Assembly: GCA_033119305.1 (NCBI GenBank)
Contig: VSWD01000002.1
Coordinates: 9,402,974 to 9,466,973, forward strand
Reading direction: 5' to 3'
DNA length: 64,000 bases
From: Pinctada imbricata
Lineage: Eukaryota
A model generated the notes under the pieces. It searched no databases and was not told the origin of the DNA. It was given only the letters and a program-made list of their open reading frames with translations. The position numbers and the translations under genes were made by a program. Positions 1 to 11,385 of this stretch are shown one piece after another. How positions within the stretch are numbered: the stretch's first letter is position 1; each line of letters opens with the position of its first letter.

Positions 1-1486
1 ATGTGACCCTTCTCTTATTTTTGTCCAATGTGACCCTTCTCTTATATTTGTACAATGTGATCTTCTCTTATTTTTGTCCAATGTGACCCTTCTCTTATTT
101 TTGTCTAATGTGACCCTTCTCTTATTTTTGTCTAATGTGACCCTTCTCTTGTTTTTGTCTAATGTGACCCTTCTCTTATTTTTGTCTAATGTGACCCTTC
201 TCTTATTTTTGTCCAATGTGACCCTTCTCTTGTTTTTGTCCAATGTGACCCTTCTCTTATTTTTGTCCAATGTGACCCTTCTCTTTTTTTTGTCCAATGT
301 GACCCTTCTCTTATTTTTGTCCAATGTGACCCTTCTCTTGTTTTTGTCCAATGTGACCCTTCTCTTGTTTTTGTCCAATGTGACCCTTCTCTTATTTTTG
401 TCCGATGTGACCCTTCTCTTATTTTTGTCCAATGTGACCCTTCTCTTGTTTTTGTCCAATGTGACCCTTCTCTTATTTTTGTCTAATGTGACCCTTCTCT
501 TGTTTTTGTCTAATGTGACCCTTCTCTTATTTTTGTCTAATGTGACCCTTCTCTTATTTTTGTCCAATGTGACCCTTCTCTTATTTTTGTCCAATGTGAC
601 CCTTCTCTTATTTTTGTCCAATGTGACCCTTCTCTTATTTTTGTCTGATGTGACCCTTCTCTTATTTTTGTCTAATGTGACCCTTCTCTTATTTTTGTCT
701 AATGTGACCCTTCTCTTGTTTTTGTCTAATGTGACCCTTCTCTTATTTTTGTCTAATGTGACCCTTCTCTTATTTTTGTCCAATGTGACCCTTCTCTTAT
801 TTTTGTCCAATGTGACCCTTCTCTTATTTTTGTCCAATGTGACCCTTCTCTTGTTTTTGTCCAATGTGACCCTTCTCTTATTTTTGTCCAATGTGACCCT
901 TCTCTTATTTTTGTCCAATGTGACCCTTCTCTTATTTTTGTCTAATGTGACCCTTCTCTTATTTTTGTCTAATGTGACCCTTCTCTTGTTTTTGTCTAAT
1001 GTGACCCTTCTCTTATTTTTGTCTAATGTGACCCTTCTCTTATTTTTGTCCAATGTGACCCTTCTCTTATTTTTGTCCAATGTGACCCTTCTCTTATTTT
1101 TGTCCAATGTGACCCTTCTCTTGTTTTTGTCCAATGTGACCCTTCTCTTATTTTTGTCTGATGTGACCCTTCTCTTATTTTTGTCTAATGTGACCCTTCT
1201 CTTGTTTTTGTCTAATGTGACCCTTCTCTTGTTTTTGTCTAATGTGACCCTTCTCTTATTTTTGTCTAATGTGACCCTTCTCTTATTTTTGTCCAATGTG
1301 ACCCTTCTCTTATTTTTGTCCAATGTGACCCTTCTCTTATTTTTGTCCAATGTGACCCTTCTCTTGTTTTTGTCCAATGTGACCCTTCTCTTATTTTTGT
1401 CCAATGTGACCCTTCTCTTATTTTTGTCCAATGTGACCCTTCTCTTATTTTTGTCCAATGTGACCCTTCTCTTTTTTTTGTCCAAA
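1..1486. repeat. 27-bp satellite (about 55 units, consensus TGTCCAATGTGACCCTTCTCTTATTTT with TCCAA/TCTAA/TCCGA and TTATT/TTGTT variants); the array reaches the window edge
   Basis: Direct reading. Period is 27 bp, a multiple of 3, which explains the 486-aa artefactual ORF 74..1534 with its 9-aa repeat SNVTLLLFL. Confidence 0.95.
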
Positions 1487-2034
1487 CAAAGTAAACTTTT
1501 CATGTTTACAACACCTCCGCAACTGCTTTATTGAATTCCTTAATGCCATTCAGAAAGCAAGCACTGAAGGCTGTCCTCAATCAGAATTACAAGATGGCCA
1601 TCATTGGCTCTAATTGGCATCAATATATTTTCAAGTTCTCATCAATTGGCTGCCGAGAATTTCAGGAGAAGCAAGTATGGAAGTCTCCTACCAAAATTGT
1701 GAATTTGTCTTGATCAGTCAAAGGATCTGATTGGCATATATCCTCCACAAGTGCTTCACAAAAGCACAGAAATTCATCAAACCTGACTTGCTGTATAAAG
1801 GGCTTACTTGCTGTGTAATATACTTTTGAACTCAGATGAGAAATATACATGATGTATAACAACTTGGGCCTCTTTCTCCGATATTTACACCATATCTTTA
1901 TGCTAAGTATTTTGAAAGACAAATGATGAATATTTGATGGAACACAGCATAAATAGGGAAATTGCCTGAAGGAATATAGATAAAATAATCATGTGAGGAC
2001 CATATGATAACACTAGGTGGCAAATTCCCTTGTG

Positions 2035-2135
2035 TAATGTAAACGTGGTTATTTTCTCTGGGGGAAATTTTCGCGAAATGATCGTAACAACTTTATGCGT
2101 GGGGATAATTTTGCAAATTGGGAGTATTCTATTTA
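2035..2135. mobile_element. Short MITE-like dispersed repeat ('AAACGTGG...GAAATTTTCGCG' family), copy 1 of 3
   Basis: Shares 'TAAACGTGG(A/T)AAT..TTCTC...GGGGAAATTTTCGCG' with 17372-17530 and 19358-19545; internal inverted symmetry (GGGGTAAATTTTCGCG / CGCGTGAAAATTTCTCCCC). Confidence 0.4.
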
Positions 2136-2834
2136 GTTTTTGTTTTGCCTGTGAAGCATAGTGACACTTAGGGAACACTTTGTCCGTTGTCCGTCTGTCC
2201 GTCTGTCAAACTTGGATATCACACCCTATAAAAGTGATTCCTGAGTGTCGCTACATTTCGCAGGCGATACATGCATTCCTTGGAATGATTTTTTTATACT
2301 TGGTTTGATTTTCAAGCAGGGGTTATTTTTCGCAATAATTATTCAATCGGAAAAAAAAACTTATAAATTACCCCCACACTAAAATGGCCATGTTTACAGT
2401 CCATCATAGTACAGTGGATTGAATAACGAGGGTCATTCTTTATAATCTATATATAGACCTAGCAGACGGTGAGATGGTACATTTGGTTTTAAGACTTCGT
2501 GGTGGACCATACCCTGATCAACGGTCCCTTGATAAGTCAATATACGTCACAGAGAAAATGAGTGGAGAGGTAAGTTTACTCAGTCCATTGTCATCTGCTA
2601 AACCTGATCAGTACAACCATTCACCTACTGAAGTTTACTGTTAATTATAGCTGCTTGCTGTTACAGATAAGGTATGTATTTGATATATTTCACATGTGTA
2701 TTCCTTGTGACAAGACCCTTCTACACAAACTATAATTGACCCTTCCGATTTCGGGAAAAAAATGCAAAATGTCGTGAAGTCACAATGCTTATACCTCGGA
2801 CAAACAAGCTTCGATCCTCTGTCAAACATCAAAA

Positions 2835-3684
2835 TTGCAAATTTAGGTGAGGATTTTGTTTATTTTGTCAGGACAAATTCAGGCAAGGATTTTGTTATAA
2901 TGTCAGGACAAATTCGGGCAAGGATTTTGTTATATAATGTCAGGACAATTTCAGGTAAGAATTTTGTTAATATAATGTCAGGACAAATTCTGGTGAAGAT
3001 TTTGTTATTATATTGTCAGGACAAATCAAGTGAAGAATTTGTTATTAATATAATGTCAGGACAAATTCAGGTGAGGATTTTGTTATTATATTGTCAGGAG
3101 AAATTCAGGTGAGTATTTTGTTATTATATTGCCAGGACAATTTCGGGTGGGGATTTTGTCATTATAATGTCAGGACAAATTCAGGTGAGGATTCTGATAT
3201 TATAATGTCAGGACAATTTCTGGTGAGGATTTTGTTATTATAATGTCAGGAAAAATTCAGGTGAGGATTTTGATATTATAATGTCATGGCAAATTCAGGT
3301 GAGTATTTTGATATTATAATGTCATGGCAAATTCAGGTGAGTATTTTGATATTATAATGTCATAGCAAATTCAGGTGAGTATTTTGATATTATAATGTCA
3401 TGGCAAATTCAGGTGCAGATTTTGATATTATAATGTCATGGCAAATTCAGGTGCAGATTTTGATATTATAATGTCATGGCAAATTCAGGTGAGGATTTTG
3501 TTTATTTTGTCAGGACAAATTCAGATGAGAATTTTGTTATTATGATGTAAAGACAAATTCAGATGAGGATTTTGTTATTATAATGTCGTGACAAATTCAG
3601 GTGAGAACTTTATTAAAATGTCAGCACAAATTTAGGTGAGGATTTTTTTATAATAGTGTCAGGGCAATTTCAGGTGATGATTAC
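2835..3684. repeat. Minisatellite of about 38-41 bp (ATGTCAGGACAAATTCAGGTGAGGATTTTGTTATTATA), left block
   Basis: More than 20 tandem units read directly; the same unit resumes at 6120-6395. Confidence 0.9.
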
Positions 3685-6119
3685 ACATTCAAAATCAGTT
3701 AAGTTGCGCCAATTTCAACTTCAAAACGGCCGCAAACTTTAAGATCAGGAATATTTCAAAACCATGTCGATTTTTAAGCTTGATATACATGTATATGTGT
3801 TTTGGAAAAGGCTATAGAAAAATTTTTCACCAGCATTTTAGCCAGAAATTTGATTAGATGGAGAGTGATGTGTTATTGCATGTGAATTACGTTACATATG
3901 AGACCATATGTTAATAATAAAATTTTCTGACAACGAAAGACGTCGTAAGTGTTAAATAGTTTGCTTTATTGGTAACTGTAGTCATTATGGTGGTCAACGA
4001 ATACATTTAGTATAGATTTTCATATATTCGTGAAGGAGAGCAGCTAATTTATAGTACCTCAAACCTGTTCGTGCAAATTAATCACGAAATTTAAGTTATT
4101 GATGTTTTTCAATTATGATAGTTTGATTTTTAAGGGAGAGCAGAGTTAAACAGATTCCCCAGATTTTGCTAATAGTTGATACTGAAAACATATAAACTGC
4201 AAAATCTACAATAACTCGGAGGGAATGGCTATAAGATAAAGACATACATTGAAAGTACCTCGTAACGTAATTCACGAATCGAGAAATTCTGTCACCTTTT
4301 AAGCAAGATTAACTTGTTTTATAATCTCTGATAGCATTTTATATCAAGAGGACACGATCATAGAACAGTAAATCGTACTTGAAGAAATAAAGAATGTGAA
4401 TATTACAGCCAAATGGCATCAAATATTGTCATGCAATGTTTTATGATTAAGAGTATTCACATGTTTTTAGCTTTTCAAATTCGTTTAACACAAGCATATT
4501 TTTACAAGCACCGTCCCAATTCATTTTAAATTATAATTTGAATTGATATAATACAAACTTTAACAGAAGACCCCAAAATTATCATGTTTAGTTTCCAAAT
4601 TTCAGAGTTTTCATACCCCAAAGTGCCGTAACGTAATTCACAAAAATTCTTTTAAAGTTTTATTGTCCATGAAATAATAATGTTTAACTTTACAATTCCT
4701 TGCCGACCCATTGCTCTGTAGACCTTCAAACAGAATCTGAATATAAGTTAGATCAAAATATATCTCAAACTTGAATCATCTTGCATGTTTTAACATACAT
4801 GTACTTGAAATAGAACATCTTACAGACAAGAAAAGCAAAGTGTTTTTGTACATATAAATACTTTATATTAGTGTATTTCTTTCTTATTTTTAAGCTGATT
4901 CTATCTTCCATATCATCTTTTGTGTACATCTGTGTGATTCAGTATTACTCTGTGCAATCATTGTCCTGTGTAATCAATAAAGATACACAAAAGTGAATTA
5001 CGTTACACAACGTGAATTACGTTATGGCATGAATTCTCGCCTGTTTTGGAAACATCAGCACAATCTGATGACTATTTTTCTCAATATACATATGTATGAG
5101 ATACATTCAAATGTTTCAAATACAAACTTTATCAAATAACCTGCAAAATTAAGAATATTGTGATTAAAAAGAATGTCTACTAGCTAAAATATGGTAAATT
5201 GTATATATTTGACGTCTTAAATAGTGTTTCTGCCCACAAACTAGGTATTATCACTAGCTAGCATGTCTGAAAGAAAAATAATTACGAAAAATCCCATCTA
5301 GACCAATCAGGAATGGATATTTCTCTGAATCTAGTATCTACTACGTAACGTAATTCACCGTCACGTAATTCACGGTCATGTTTTTTTTCTGTGTTTATTA
5401 TCTGTCTCTCCATACGCAAGGGAGCTTTAATCAAATTGTGATTGTCTTTATATAAAGGCATAAACACCCGATTACAACATAACCAAAGTAATGCACTCTG
5501 CGATTCTTTTCACAGTAAAAGCTGCGTAACGTAATTCACAAAATGAGTGAATATTTCTGAAAATAAGAAATGAAAGGATTTTTTTCCTTAAATGAAACGT
5601 ATGTAAAACATACAATGAAAACCTATTAAAGTTTGGTCTATTACAAGTTAGAAAAGTATTGTTATGATATCATATCGTTCTAATTTTAACTCATCCTAGA
5701 TCTCCAAAGATGGTAACGTAATTCACCGTAAATCTTGTGACAATCGAGTTTAGTATATTTCAGAGTAAAATATACTATAAAGCGTATGAACTGAACTCGA
5801 TTTTTTTAAATACTGATGTTACTTTTATTAAAATATGTGCTAAATATTTTGAATTTAATACATTATCGTGTCACTGAGAACCCATTTTATCATACACCTC
5901 AGTTTGTGACATGCATTTTTCGACAAATACGACCCTTATATGATAGAAAAATCCACATATATCGAGTTCTAAGGTAACTATAAGGCATATGGGGGAATAG
6001 CAACTAATGCAAGTAAAAAGTAAAAGCAAAAAAAATCTTTCCATGATTCAATGTTTCTTTCAAAAATGTATTGTGACACAGTTTTTGCGTATTGGCGCAA
6101 CTTAACTGATTTTGAATGT
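3685..6119. mobile_element. Non-autonomous TIR element (about 2.4 kb) inserted into the 40-bp minisatellite; 29-bp terminal inverted repeats ACATTCAAAATCAGTTAAGTTGCGCCAAT (3685-3713) and its reverse complement (6091-6119)
   Basis: TIRs read on both strands; the minisatellite continues in the same orientation on both sides; no long ORF inside; internal 14-mer GTAACGTAATTCAC recurs at least 9 times in both orientations. Confidence 0.5.
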
Positions 6120-6395
6120 ACATTTTATATAATGTCAGGACAAATTCAGATGAGGATTTTGTTATTATAATGTCAGGACAATTTCATGTGAGGATTTTGT
6201 TTTTATAATGTCGGGACAAATTCAGGTGAGGATTTTGTTATAATAATGTCAGGACAATTTCAGGTGAGGATTTTGTTTTTATAATGTCAGGACAAATTCA
6301 GGTGAGGATTATGTTATTATAGTGTCAGGACAAATTCAGGTGAGAATTTTGTTATTATAATGTCAGAACAATTTCAGATGAGGATTTTGTCCAAC
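6120..6395. repeat. Continuation of the 40-bp minisatellite, right block
   Basis: Same unit as 2835-3684 in the same orientation. Confidence 0.9.
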
Positions 6396-6427
6396 CATTA
6401 ACTAAAAATTATAGTGTAATGTGATAT

Positions 6428-6790
6428 TGAAATTTATGGTCCACCTTTGGTTGCTTGTGGATGAATAAATTTATGGTCTACTTTTGGTTGCTTGTGGATG
6501 TATAAATTTATGGTCTACTTTTGGTTGCTTGTGGATGATAAATTTATGGTCTACCACTGGTTGCTTGTGGATGTATAAATTTATGGTCCACTTTTGGTTG
6601 CTTTTGAATTTATAAATTTATTGTCCACCTTTGGTTGCTTGTGGATGTATAAATTTTAGGTCTACCATTGGTTGCTTGTAGATGTATAAATTTATGGTCC
6701 ACCTTTGGTTGCTTGTGGACGTACAAATTTATGGTCCACCTTTGGTTGGTTGCTTGTGGAGGTATAAATTTATGGTCTACCAGTGGGAAA
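6428..6790. repeat. 37-bp minisatellite (TTTATGGTCTACTTTTGGTTGCTTGTGGATGTATAAA), about 9 units
   Basis: Direct reading. Confidence 0.9.
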
Positions 6791-7289
6791 CAAAGCAATG
6801 AGGAAAAGTTTGCTCTTGACCAACCAGAATAATGTATGTACTTGTATTTATTTATCTGAAATTAGAAAGTCACCAATTTAATTTAGTTGAAACATAGAAA
6901 GTGTGGATGATAATTTTTGACAAATTGCTTCTCGGAATGATGAATTAATCTTGCAAATTCCTTTGCCTTTGCAATGTTATTATTAGAATTTCACAGTTTA
7001 GTTTTGACATACTTTACTAGCTTTGGTTGTTGGCACATCAGACTTTTGGGCGTGCCATTACTTAGTAGAATTTGAATAAAAATGGACAAAACTTTAGTAG
7101 AAGCGCTGTAGTCTTTATTTAACAATCCAAGTGTGTAAATTCTTCTATCAATTACCCCATATAAAGTGAGAGGGAACTTGGAAAATAGATAAATCATCTG
7201 CAAAAAAGGATTATTCTACTTTAGTTATGCATACTTTGCATACTCTGACCTTAAGTAATTTATCCTAGATATCCCAATTATTAAGCATT

Positions 7290-8545
7290 TGTACTGTGAA
7301 ATCATTTATTATGTCCCCCATCAGAGAATAGGGGACATATTGCTTTGCTATTGTCGGCTGGTTGGTCCGTCGGTCTGTCAGTCTGTCCTCCACAACAGTT
7401 TCCATTAATTATCTCTAGAATGGATTCACATATTGAAATAAAGTTTGGTATACAGATACATCAAATGAAAATCTAGGTTAAGGGTATATCTGGGTGTGAT
7501 CGAAAAATTTTTGGCAGAGTTATGCCCCTTGGACTTAGAAAAATACCAAAATTTAAGTGTTTCTGTTCAATATCTCTAGAATGGATTCACATATTGAAAT
7601 GAAATTTTATAAACTGATAAATCAAATATAAATCTAGATTAAGTTTATATTTAGGTCCAATCCAACAAATTTTGACAGAGTTATGCCCCTTAGACTTAGA
7701 AAAATACCAAAATTTAAGGGTTTCTGTTCAATATCTCTAGAATGGATTCACATATTGAAATGAAATTTTATAAACTGATAAATCAAATGAAAATCTAGGT
7801 CAAGTTTTCTATTTAGGTCCAATCCAAAAATTTTTGACAGAGTTATGCCCTTTAGACTTAGAAAAATACACAAATTTAAGGGTTTCCGTTTAACATCTTT
7901 AGAATGGATTCAAATATTAAAACGAAATTTTATATACAGATACATCAAATGAAATTCTAGGTCAAGTTCATATTTTGGTCTGATAAAAAAAAATTGACAG
8001 AGTTATGCCCCTTGGACTTAGAAAAATACAAAAATTTAAAGTGCTTCCGTTCAATAACTGTGGAATTGTAACACATTTTGAAATGAAATTTTAGATACAT
8101 CAAACGAAAATCTAGGTCAAGTTCAAAATTGAGTCTGGTCAGAGAATAATGCCAGGTCACAGGGTTATGCCTCTTGACTTGGAAAAATATAAGAATTTAT
8201 GGGTTTCCATTCATTATCTTGCAATGGATTCACCTATTGAATTGAGATTTAGTTTAAAGATTCATCATGAGAAAATCCAGATCAAGTTGAGGTCCAGTCG
8301 AAAAAAAACCAACAAAAAAACAGAGTTATGCCCCTTTGACGTAGAAAAAATTACCCAAAATTAAAGGTTTTCATTCATTTTTACTGCAATGGAAGCATAA
8401 ATTAAAATGACATTTGGTATACAGACATATCTTATGAAAATCAAGACTGTGATAGATTCATTAATACAAATATAAAAACTTGCATTCATAATCAAAGAAG
8501 AAGTAGGGGGACATTTAATGTTTTACAATCATGACTTTAAATTTG
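7290..8545 (-). mobile_element. Pearl/Helentron-like non-autonomous element with the architecture 'hairpin - (GGTC)n microsatellite - about 6 tandem 160-bp satellite monomers'; inverted copy of 40040-41578
   Basis: Palindrome ATGTCCCC..GGGGACAT at 7305-7335; GGTCCGTCGGTCTGTCAGTCTGTCC at 7362-7388; 160-bp period from 7413 to about 8400; far end (about 8500-8540) is the reverse complement of the 40060 end of the other copy. Confidence 0.55.
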
Positions 8546-8672
8546 TTTTCGTGGTAGCTCAATTTTCATGGATGAGATTCAGTATTTTTGTGGGGACATA
8601 ATTTTGTGGATGCAAACCGTTGAAAAAAGATAAATATGGCAGAAAATACTAGTCTTTATAACAGTTATCTTT

Positions 8673-9610
8673 TTAACTCACCTGAGCAAAGCTCAAGTGA
8701 GCTATTGTCATAGTGCTCCGTCCGTCATCCGTCCATCCTCGTCATCCTGTGTAAACTTTTAACTAAGTTTTAACATCTTCTCTACAATGGCTGCACAGAA
8801 TTTCAAAGCACCTCACAGGAAGCTAGTTCTCAAAGTTCTCTACGAAGTTTGTGTTTTTCGTGCCGATCGGTCAACAAATATGGCCGCCGAGGGCTTTGGC
8901 TTATGCATTTTGGACTTCTCCTCTGCAACCGCTGCACAGAATTTCACGAAACCTTACAGGAAGTAAGTACTCAAGGTACTCTTCTAAGTTTGTGTTTTTT
9001 TGCCGATCGGACATCAAATATGGCCGTCCGTGGGCTCTGATTGGCTGACACATTTTCCACTTCTCCTCTGTGTAATTGTTGCACAGAATTTCACGAACCT
9101 TACAAGTAGCAAGTACTCAAGGTCTTCCACCAAGTTTGTGTTTTTCGTGCCGATGATGATCAACAAATATAGGCTGCCGAGGGTTCTGATTGGCTTACAC
9201 ATTTTGGACTTCTCAGAATTTCAGGAAACCTTACTGGAAGCAATTACTCAAAGTCCTCTACAAAGTCTTGCGTTTTTCAATCTGATCAGGTCAACAAATT
9301 TGGCCACTGAGGGCTCTGATTGGCTGATGCATTTTGGACTTCTCATTGCACAGAATTTTACAAAACCTTATAAGAAGCAAGTACTCAAGGTCACCTGCCA
9401 AGTTTGTGTTTTTCATGCAGATTGGTCAACAAAAATGGCTGCCAAGGGCTTTGATTGGCCAAGGCAGTTTCAACATTCTCTGTGACCACTGCATAGAATT
9501 TCATGAAACATTACAGGAAGCAAGTACTCTATTACCTCCACCAATTTGTGTACTATCATATTTCAGTCTGCAACTCAGATGAGTGGTGTGGCCCCCTTGG
9601 GCCTCTTCTT
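8673..9610 (+). mobile_element. Helentron/pearl-like element carrying about 5 units of a 150-bp tandem repeat ('H150' family); uninterrupted paralogue of 55903-58545
   Basis: 5' end TTAACTCACCTGAGCAAAGCTCAAGTGAGCTATT (imperfect hairpin), then a (GTCC)n-like tract CCGTCCGTCATCCGTCC, then repeats containing GCCGATCGGTCAACAAATATGGCCGCCGAGGGCTCTGATTGGCTGA, and a 3' hairpin GGCCCCCTTGGGCC at 9593-9606. Confidence 0.55.
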
Positions 9611-10040
9611 TTCCATTCCTGGCGACAATTGCGTTTATATCAATCTTAAAACATCCACCTTAAAACCCCCCCATGCTAACGGAATAATTGTCACTTATGC
9701 CAAGATGTTGCTGAAATGTGACTGAAGTAAAAGCGGGTTTTGCAAGGTTGGCTTGTGACAAACAGTTGTAAAAACAAAGGTGATAAACTGCACAATTAAA
9801 AAGTAATTAACGAATATGTGTCCATGTTATAAGAAGGTGTTTATACTTCAATTTCCTGTAAAATATGCATGCTTGCTCTGTCATGAAAAGTTGTTCCAAT
9901 TTTCTTGCTTAGATATGCACAATTATTCAGTTTGAATGTTATCCACCAAAACAACGAAAATTGAGCCTCCAAGAAATATAATGATTTCACAGTATACTGC
10001 ACATACACAAATGTTACGACACAAATGTTACCTATTCCAG

Positions 10041-10533
10041 GTTTTAAGTGGCTCAATGCCGGAGTTGGACATGGAGTATCGGGTAAATTCGAACATTGTG
10101 TTGGAGGCAGATAGGCATTTCATAGACAGACACCGTGATGAATCGAACATTGTGATGACCGCAGATAGGCATTTGATAGACAGACACCGTGATGAATCGA
10201 ACATTGTGATGACCGCAGATAGGCATTTGATAGACAGACACCGTGATGAATCGAACATTGTGATGACCGCAGATAGGCATTTGATAGACAGACACCGTGA
10301 TGAATCGAACATTGTGATGGCCGCAGATAGGCATTTGATAGACAGACACCGTGATGAATCGAGCATTTTGGATCCCGGAGATCTTAGTACATATGACCTT
10401 AATGAAGATGGGATTACAGAAAGGGACCTCATAGATATTTTGGCCCAAAATGATTTTGACCTTTACACGAAATTAGGTGCTGAACAGCATATAGAAGAGC
10501 AACAGTCAATGGAAACAAATGAAATGAAAGAAG
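10041..10533 (+). CDS. Gene 1, upstream coding exon (phase 0 start, ends after 1 base of a codon); contains five 60-bp repeats encoding DESNIVMTADRHLIDRHR
   Basis: Acceptor TTATTCCAG|GTT at 10038-40; open frame; donor AAG|GTATTA at 10534. The leftover base G plus GT at 11386-87 gives an in-frame Gly joining to the big exon. Confidence 0.4.
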
Positions 10534-10565
10534 GTATTATCATTTATACTGCAAGCATTGATGCA

Positions 10566-10900
10566 TGAAAGAATCAGGCAGGGGTGATACATCAAAATTT
10601 TTACACTAACTTTTTATTTACGTTTTGAGGTACAAATTAAAAATGAAATTCATTTCTGAAGTTAGCAATAATGAATGATAAAGGGTATGAAAAAAAATGG
10701 CGGGAAAATTTTGCTAAATGCATGTATAATTCAACCTAATTTAGTGCCAATTTTATAACTTTGTTACACCATCCAAGTATGTAGAAAATTCCTTCAGGAC
10801 GTATGTTTGGGGGTGATCTGAACATATATCGAAAGAGAAAAGTTTGGAAAAAATTAGAAGGTATTTCTACTCGACCCTGTACTAAAGTTGATTTATGCTC
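10566..10900 (+). mobile_element. About 330-bp MITE, copy 1 (right end replaced by a fragment of the H150 family)
   Basis: Near-identical to 20937-21290 over about 300 bp (AAGAATCAGGCAGGGG...CATCCAAGTATGTAGAAAATTCCTTCAGGAC...GAAGGTATTTC). Confidence 0.5.
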
Positions 10901-11095
10901 ACCTGAGTACTTTTTACAGTGTCTGTCCATCACATTCACAACATTCATAAACATCACATTCACAACATTACCACATAGATATATGCAGCAAGCAACTTCA
11001 TAGGAAGTCAGTACTTTCTTCATACTCAAGGTCATCTACCACAGTCATATTTTTCATGCAAATGTTATAACAGTGGTGGGTAATCTTGCAATGCA
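10895..11095 (+). mobile_element. Truncated solo unit of the H150 Helentron-like family, lying in the gene 1 intron
   Basis: GCTCACCTGAGTAC followed by a GTCTGTCCATC microsatellite remnant and one degenerate 150-bp unit (AGGAAGTCAGTACTTTCTTCATACTCAAGGTCATCTACCACAGTCATATTTTTCATGCA). Confidence 0.4.
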
Positions 11096-11385
11096 GAACA
11101 CTCGATTTTCCTATAATTTTGTGTAAATTGTATTACATGCATTTATCACAAAAATGGGAATGTATTTCAGTGTAAAGATGTCTTAGCTCGGAGTTTTATC
11201 CAAAATAAGAGAAACGATATCTTTTTTATAAAGCCAAAAAATGAACATTGGCATGATTCACGTAGATGAAAGAGAAAGTATAATACCGATCGTGTTTATG
11301 TGTTAAACAAAGCTTACATTCATCTTATTTTGGATACCGCTTCAGTATTTCATCTTTTATGTTTTATTTTGTTTTTCTTTTACAG

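Noticed and set aside
74-1534. 486-aa ORF (SNVTLLLFL repeats)
   Set aside because: Pure translation of the 27-bp satellite; no start context; the composition is an artefact of a period divisible by 3.
8849-9582. Several ORFs of 60-160 aa
   Set aside because: They lie inside the 150-bp tandem array of the H150 element, and the same 'ORFs' recur at 56644-58395 on both strands; repeat artefacts.
10028-10448. Two overlapping minus-strand ORFs (131 and 134 aa)
   Set aside because: Antisense of the 60-bp repeats in the gene 1 upstream exon.
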